A DNA stretch of 32,000 bases, from positions 178,314-210,313 of the forward strand of contig NZ_CP060084.1 of assembly GCF_014211975.1 (NCBI RefSeq). Reading direction: 5' to 3'. A program made the position numbers and the translations under genes. Numbering within the stretch: the stretch's first letter is position 1; every line of letters starts with the position of its first letter. The DNA comes from Teredinibacter haidensis (GTDB taxonomy: Bacteria > Pseudomonadota > Gammaproteobacteria > Pseudomonadales > Cellvibrionaceae). This document shows, piece after piece, positions 28,296-32,000 of this stretch. Below the pieces are notes generated by a model. The model did not search any database. It saw nothing but the letters and a program-made list of their open reading frames with translations, and had not been told where the DNA came from.

Positions 28296-29519
28296 GTGGC
28301 TAAAGAAAAATTTGAACGTAATAAACCCCACGTAAACGTTGGTACCATTGGTCACGTTGACCACGGCAAAACCACTCTGACTGCAGCCCTAACCCGTGTA
28401 TGTGCGGAAGTGTGGGGCGGTACTGCCGTTGCTTTCGATGGTATCGATAATGCGCCAGAAGAGCGTGAGCGTGGTATTACTATTGCAACTTCTCACGTAG
28501 AGTACGATTCACCTTCTCGTCACTACGCACACGTTGACTGTCCTGGACACGCCGACTACGTGAAAAACATGATTACGGGTGCTGCTCAGATGGATGGCGC
28601 TGTTTTGGTTTGTGGTGCTACCGATGGCCCTATGCCCCAGACTCGTGAGCACATCTTGCTGTCTCGTCAGGTTGGTGTACCTTACATCATCGTTTACCTG
28701 AATAAAGCTGACCTGCTCGCGGAAGATTGTGGTGGCGTTGGTTCCGACGAATACAACGAAATGTTGGAACTGGTTGAAATGGAGCTGCGTGAGCTGCTCG
28801 ACACTTACGAATTCCCAGGCGACGATACCCCAATCATCGCAGGTTCAGCGCTGATGGCTCTGAATGGTCAAGATGACAACGAATTGGGTACAACTTCTGT
28901 TAAGAAGCTGGTTGAAGCCCTGGATGCATACATTCCCGAGCCAGAGCGTGCTATCGACCTGCCGTTCCTGATGCCTATCGAAGATGTATTCTCTATATCT
29001 GGTCGTGGTACTGTTGTTACTGGCCGTGTAGAGCGTGGTATCGTTACCGTTGGTGAAGAAATCGAAATTATTGGTATCAAAGACACAACCAAAACGACCT
29101 GTACCGGTGTTGAAATGTTCCGCAAGCTGCTGGACGAAGGCCGTGCTGGTGAGAACGTTGGTGTTCTGTTGCGTGGTACTAAGCGTGATGAAGTTGAACG
29201 TGGTCAGGTACTGGCTAAGCCAGGTTCTATCACTCCACACACTAAGTTCGAAGCAGAAGTTTATGTTCTGTCCAAGGACGAAGGTGGTCGTCACACTCCA
29301 TTCTTCAAAGGCTACCGCCCACAGTTCTACTTCCGTACGACTGACGTAACCGGTGCTTGCGAAATGCCAGAAGGCGTTGAAATGGTAATGCCTGGCGATA
29401 ATATTCAGATGGTTGTTACTCTGATTGCTCCTATCGCAATGGAAGACGGTTTACGCTTTGCAATTCGCGAAGGTGGCCGTACCGTTGGTGCTGGTGTTGT
29501 TGCCAAAATTATTGAGTAA
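28296..29519 (+). CDS. tuf: Elongation factor Tu (407 aa, with a G-domain insertion relative to E. coli)
   Basis: GTG start (as in E. coli tufA) with a [48 protein letters not shown] and NKAD motifs. Colinear with E. coli EF-Tu except for +10 aa after NKxD and +3 aa in the following helix region. Confidence 0.98.
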   Translation: MAKEKFERNKPHVNVGTIGHVDHGKTTLTAALTRVCAEVWGGTAVAFDGIDNAPEERERGITIATSHVEYDSPSRHYAHVDCPGHADYVKNMITGAAQMDGAVLVCGATDGPMPQTREHILLSRQVGVPYIIVYLNKADLLAEDCGGVGSDEYNEMLELVEMELRELLDTYEFPGDDTPIIAGSALMALNGQDDNELGTTSVKKLVEALDAYIPEPERAIDLPFLMPIEDVFSISGRGTVVTGRVERGIVTVGEEIEIIGIKDTTKTTCTGVEMFRKLLDEGRAGENVGVLLRGTKRDEVERGQVLAKPGSITPHTKFEAEVYVLSKDEGGRHTPFFKGYRPQFYFRTTDVTGACEMPEGVEMVMPGDNIQMVVTLIAPIAMEDGLRFAIREGGRTVGAGVVAKIIE

Positions 29520-29535
29520 CTAGCCGCTCATCTAG

Positions 29536-29562
29536 AAAAGGCCGCTTTATGCGGCCTTTTTT
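29536..29562 (+). terminator. Strong Rho-independent terminator ending the str operon
   Basis: AAAAGGCCGC-TTTAT-GCGGCCTTTTTT. GC-rich stem with a T6 run, 17 nt after the tuf stop. Confidence 0.85.
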
Positions 29563-29640
29563 GTGTCTGAAATACGTCAGTTTTCGATTTTTGGTGTTTT
29601 CTTCGGGGCAGGTCAAATACTTACCTTTGATGATGCGTAC

Positions 29641-29663
29641 TTGTATACAAATAAATTGATACA
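29641..29663. promoter_or_regulatory. Candidate GntR/FadR-type operator upstream of the TRAP operon
   Basis: Perfect 10-bp palindrome TTGTATACAA (29641-29650) fits the t.GT..AC.a pattern of GntR-family operators. A related TTGATACA follows at 29656-29663. Confidence 0.3.
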
Positions 29664-29665
29664 CC

Positions 29666-29696
29666 TTGTCTCGAGCTTTTTTTTATCTGTTAGAAT
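29666..29696 (+). promoter_or_regulatory. Candidate promoter of the TRAP operon (extended -10)
   Basis: TGTTAGAAT (TGn plus TAGAAT at 29691-29696). The possible -35 TTGTCT sits at a long 19-nt spacing. Sequence pattern only. Confidence 0.3.
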
Positions 29697-29734
29697 ACTA
29701 CGCAAATCAATTCACTCAACACTAAAACAATAAA

Positions 29735-30718
29735 ATGATGTATGTGCGTATAGTCTTTAGATTATTGATGGTTGCCTTTCTGTGTTCGCTTATCGCTGCT
29801 TGCGGAGATAAAACTGGAGTACGGGTAATCAAAATGGCCCATTCACTCGATACCGCTCATCCAGTGCATAAGGCTATGGTCTTTATGTCCGAGCGATTAG
29901 ATGAAATATCCAAGGGCAGTATGCGGTTAGATATTTATCCCGGCGGGCAACTGGGCTCCGAGCGTGAGAGCATAGAGCTGCTACAAATAGGGAGTCTCGC
30001 CATGACAAAAGTGTCTACGAGTCCTCTTGAAGGCTTTGTTCCTGAAATGAAAGTCTTCAGCATGCCCTACGTTTTTCGCGATCACGAACATTATTGGAGC
30101 ATGCTGAATAGCCCTTTGGGTAAACAGTTATTGATGTCTGGTGAAAAGGTACGTTTACGCGGTTTGGGTTATTTTGATTCGGGAAGTCGCAGCTACTACA
30201 CCGTCGACAAGCAGGTATTATCCCCGGCCGACCTTAAAAGTATGAAAATTCGGGTGATGAACAGTCAGACTTCTGTGCGAATGGTTAAGGCAATGGGGGG
30301 ATCTGGAACGCCCATTTCATGGGGAGAGCTGTATACCGCTTTGCAGCAAGGTGTAGTGGATGGTGCCGAAAATAACCCTCCCAGCTTCTATTCATCCAAG
30401 CACTTTGAAGTCGCCAAATATTACACCCTAAACGAACATACATCGGTCCCGGATATTGTGCTGATCAGCAGCTATGTATGGAACTCCCTAACTGAGCTGC
30501 AGCAGGTATGGTTGCAACAAGCTATGGATGAAGCCGTAATCTACCAGCGACAGCTATGGCTGGAGGCAACAGAGGACGCCTTAAGTGCAGTGCGTGAAGC
30601 GGGGGTTGAAGTGGTGTATCCCGATAAGCAACCGTTTATGGATGCCGTTATAGAAATGCACGAGTCTTATAAAGGCACTCAAGCTTACGACATTCTTAAA
30701 AAAATACAGGCGATGTAG
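29735..30718 (+). CDS. dctP: TRAP transporter substrate-binding protein (DctP family)
   Basis: 327 aa with a signal peptide containing the lipobox-like LIAAC. DctP-family blocks (HPVHKAMVFMSERLDEISKGSMRLDIYPGGQLGSERESIELLQIGSL, LQQGVVDGAENNPPSF). Followed by Q and M subunits. No clear SD, so the start could be 29735, 29738 or 29744. Confidence 0.85.
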   Translation: MMYVRIVFRLLMVAFLCSLIAACGDKTGVRVIKMAHSLDTAHPVHKAMVFMSERLDEISKGSMRLDIYPGGQLGSERESIELLQIGSLAMTKVSTSPLEGFVPEMKVFSMPYVFRDHEHYWSMLNSPLGKQLLMSGEKVRLRGLGYFDSGSRSYYTVDKQVLSPADLKSMKIRVMNSQTSVRMVKAMGGSGTPISWGELYTALQQGVVDGAENNPPSFYSSKHFEVAKYYTLNEHTSVPDIVLISSYVWNSLTELQQVWLQQAMDEAVIYQRQLWLEATEDALSAVREAGVEVVYPDKQPFMDAVIEMHESYKGTQAYDILKKIQAM

Positions 30719-30726
30719 GGGACCAG

Positions 30727-31230
30727 ATGAAAAATTTCCTATCAAAAACCGAATTTGTACTGGGCCATTTTCTCGGCCTGTTAATGTTTTTAATCGTGCT
30801 CGACGTTACCTGGCAGGTGGTTACTCGCTTTATTTTAAGCGAGCCGAGTTCCTATACCGAAGAGGTCGCACGTTATTTGTTGGTATGGATCGGGTTGCTA
30901 GGCGCAGCTTACGCTTATCGTCGCCACGCACATTTGGGGCTAGATATCGTTACCCGCGCCTTGACGGGTGTAACAGCGCTGGTTGCCCAAAAGCTGGCGG
31001 ATAGTCTATGCCTGCTTTTCGCTTTATCCGTAATGGTAGTGGGTGGTTGGAATCTGGTGAGCCTAACGTTGGAACTCAATCAATTGTCTGCAGCGTTACA
31101 GATTCCTATAGGTTATGTCTATAGTGTGATTCCGCTTAGTGGGGTTTTAATCGTGTTATTTGCATTTGAACGGCTGATAACAGCGCCGGCCGAAATTGCC
31201 GAGCACGATTCGTTTACGGCGATAAAATAA
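30727..31230 (+). CDS. dctQ: TRAP transporter small permease (DctQ family)
   Basis: 167 aa with four hydrophobic segments. The motif EEVARYLLVWIGLLGAAYAYRRHAHLGLD is typical of DctQ. GGGGA SD upstream. Confidence 0.85.
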   Translation: MKNFLSKTEFVLGHFLGLLMFLIVLDVTWQVVTRFILSEPSSYTEEVARYLLVWIGLLGAAYAYRRHAHLGLDIVTRALTGVTALVAQKLADSLCLLFALSVMVVGGWNLVSLTLELNQLSAALQIPIGYVYSVIPLSGVLIVLFAFERLITAPAEIAEHDSFTAIK

Positions 31231-31248
31231 TACATAAAGGTGCTTTAA

Positions 31249-32000
31249 GTGGAAATTTCTGTTGTTGTCTTACTGGTTTCATTTGTTATTTTACTGCTGA
31301 TTAATGTTCCTGTTTCTATCAGTATTGGTGTGGCGACCCTACTTGCTATGCTGCTCACTATTGATTTTATCCCTGCAGTAACTACCATCGCGCAGCGCAT
31401 GGGTGGAGGAATTGACAGTTTTGCATTACTGGCGATTCCATTTTTTGTGTTGTCGGGTCTACTGATGGGGCGAGGTGGTATTGCGCATCGGTTAATTGAG
31501 TTTGCTAAAGCTATAATCGGGATGCTGCCGGGCGGTCTGGCATTCGTCAATATTATTAGCTGTACTTTGTTCGGTGCTATTTCTGGTTCGTCGGTTGCGG
31601 CCACTTCCGCTATTGGTGGTTTTATGATCCCGGCGATGGAAAAAGAAGGTTACGATCGAAACTTTACCGCTGCAATTACGGTAACGTCCTCCACCACCGG
31701 CCTGCTAATTCCTCCCAGTAACATTCTGATTATTTATTCTCTTGCGAGCGGCGGCGTATCGATTGCAGCGCTGTTTGTCGCTGGCTATTTACCCGGCCTC
31801 CTCGTTTCTCTTGGGCTAATGGGCGTTTGTGCTATTTATGCAAAAATAAATGGTTATCCTGTTGGTCGTGCTCCGACGGCTAGAGAGGCCGTGGTTAAAA
31901 CTCTGGACGCATTGCCCAGTCTTTTTTTAATTGTTCTTGTGATTGGGGGTATTATTGGGGGCTATGTCACTGCGACCGAGGCCAGTGTGATTGCGGTCCT
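31249..32000 (+). CDS. dctM: TRAP transporter large permease (DctM family), N-terminal ~250 codons; continues past the window end
   Basis: Hand translation from the GTG at 31249 (AAAGG SD 8 nt upstream): MEISVVVLLVSFVILLLINVPVSISIGVATLL...FALLAIPFFVLSGLLMGRGGIAHRL...FGAISGSSVAATSAIGGFMIPAMEKEGYD...GLLIPPSNILIIY. These are classic DctM motifs and the frame stays open to the window end. Not in the ORF track because there is no stop. Confidence 0.88.
   Translation, partial: MEISVVVLLVSFVILLLINVPVSISIGVATLLAMLLTIDFIPAVTTIAQRMGGGIDSFALLAIPFFVLSGLLMGRGGIAHRLIEFAKAIIGMLPGGLAFVNIISCTLFGAISGSSVAATSAIGGFMIPAMEKEGYDRNFTAAITVTSSTTGLLIPPSNILIIYSLASGGVSIAALFVAGYLPGLLVSLGLMGVCAIYAKINGYPVGRAPTAREAVVKTLDALPSLFLIVLVIGGIIGGYVTATEASVIAV

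Noticed and set aside
31245-31604. 119-aa reverse-strand ORF after dctQ
   Set aside because: It is antisense to the unmistakable DctM reading frame, which begins at 31249 on the forward strand and stays open to the window end.

Overview
This window is an ordinary core housekeeping locus of a gammaproteobacterium. GC looks mid-40s percent by eye. The gene order resembles Pseudomonas and Cellvibrionaceae relatives, but that taxonomic guess is inference only. Left third: bfd (partial), a 2-Cys peroxiredoxin, a proS plus lytic transglycosylase operon, a HIT protein, an HU-fold protein with a histone H1-like tail, an FmdB zinc ribbon with aspS and yebC, alanine racemase, then birA, coaX and a SPOR protein. 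Middle: a tRNA cluster Thr(TGT)-Tyr-Gly-Thr(GGT)-Trp, then secE-nusG-rplK-rplA-rplJ-rplL-rpoB-rpoC and the str operon rpsL-rpsG-fusA-tuf. Right end: a TRAP transporter (dctP, dctQ, and dctM truncated by the window edge). I corrected several ORF-track starts that are upstream-extended artefacts: aspS, SPOR, secE, nusG, rplA, rpsL and the HU-like gene. I added two edge-truncated genes that the track cannot show (bfd, dctM). I found no mobile elements, CRISPR arrays, defence or toxin genes, or pseudogenes, and I see no evidence of a novel multi-gene system here. The findings are small-scale: synteny breaks (no tufB in the tRNA cluster, no ruvCAB after yebC, TRAP genes instead of the S10 operon after tuf), a lineage-type insertion in EF-Tu, an H1-tail/HU fusion, an unexplained structured stretch upstream of the zinc-ribbon/aspS operon, and several candidate regulatory hairpins and operators. 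All interest scores are deliberately modest.
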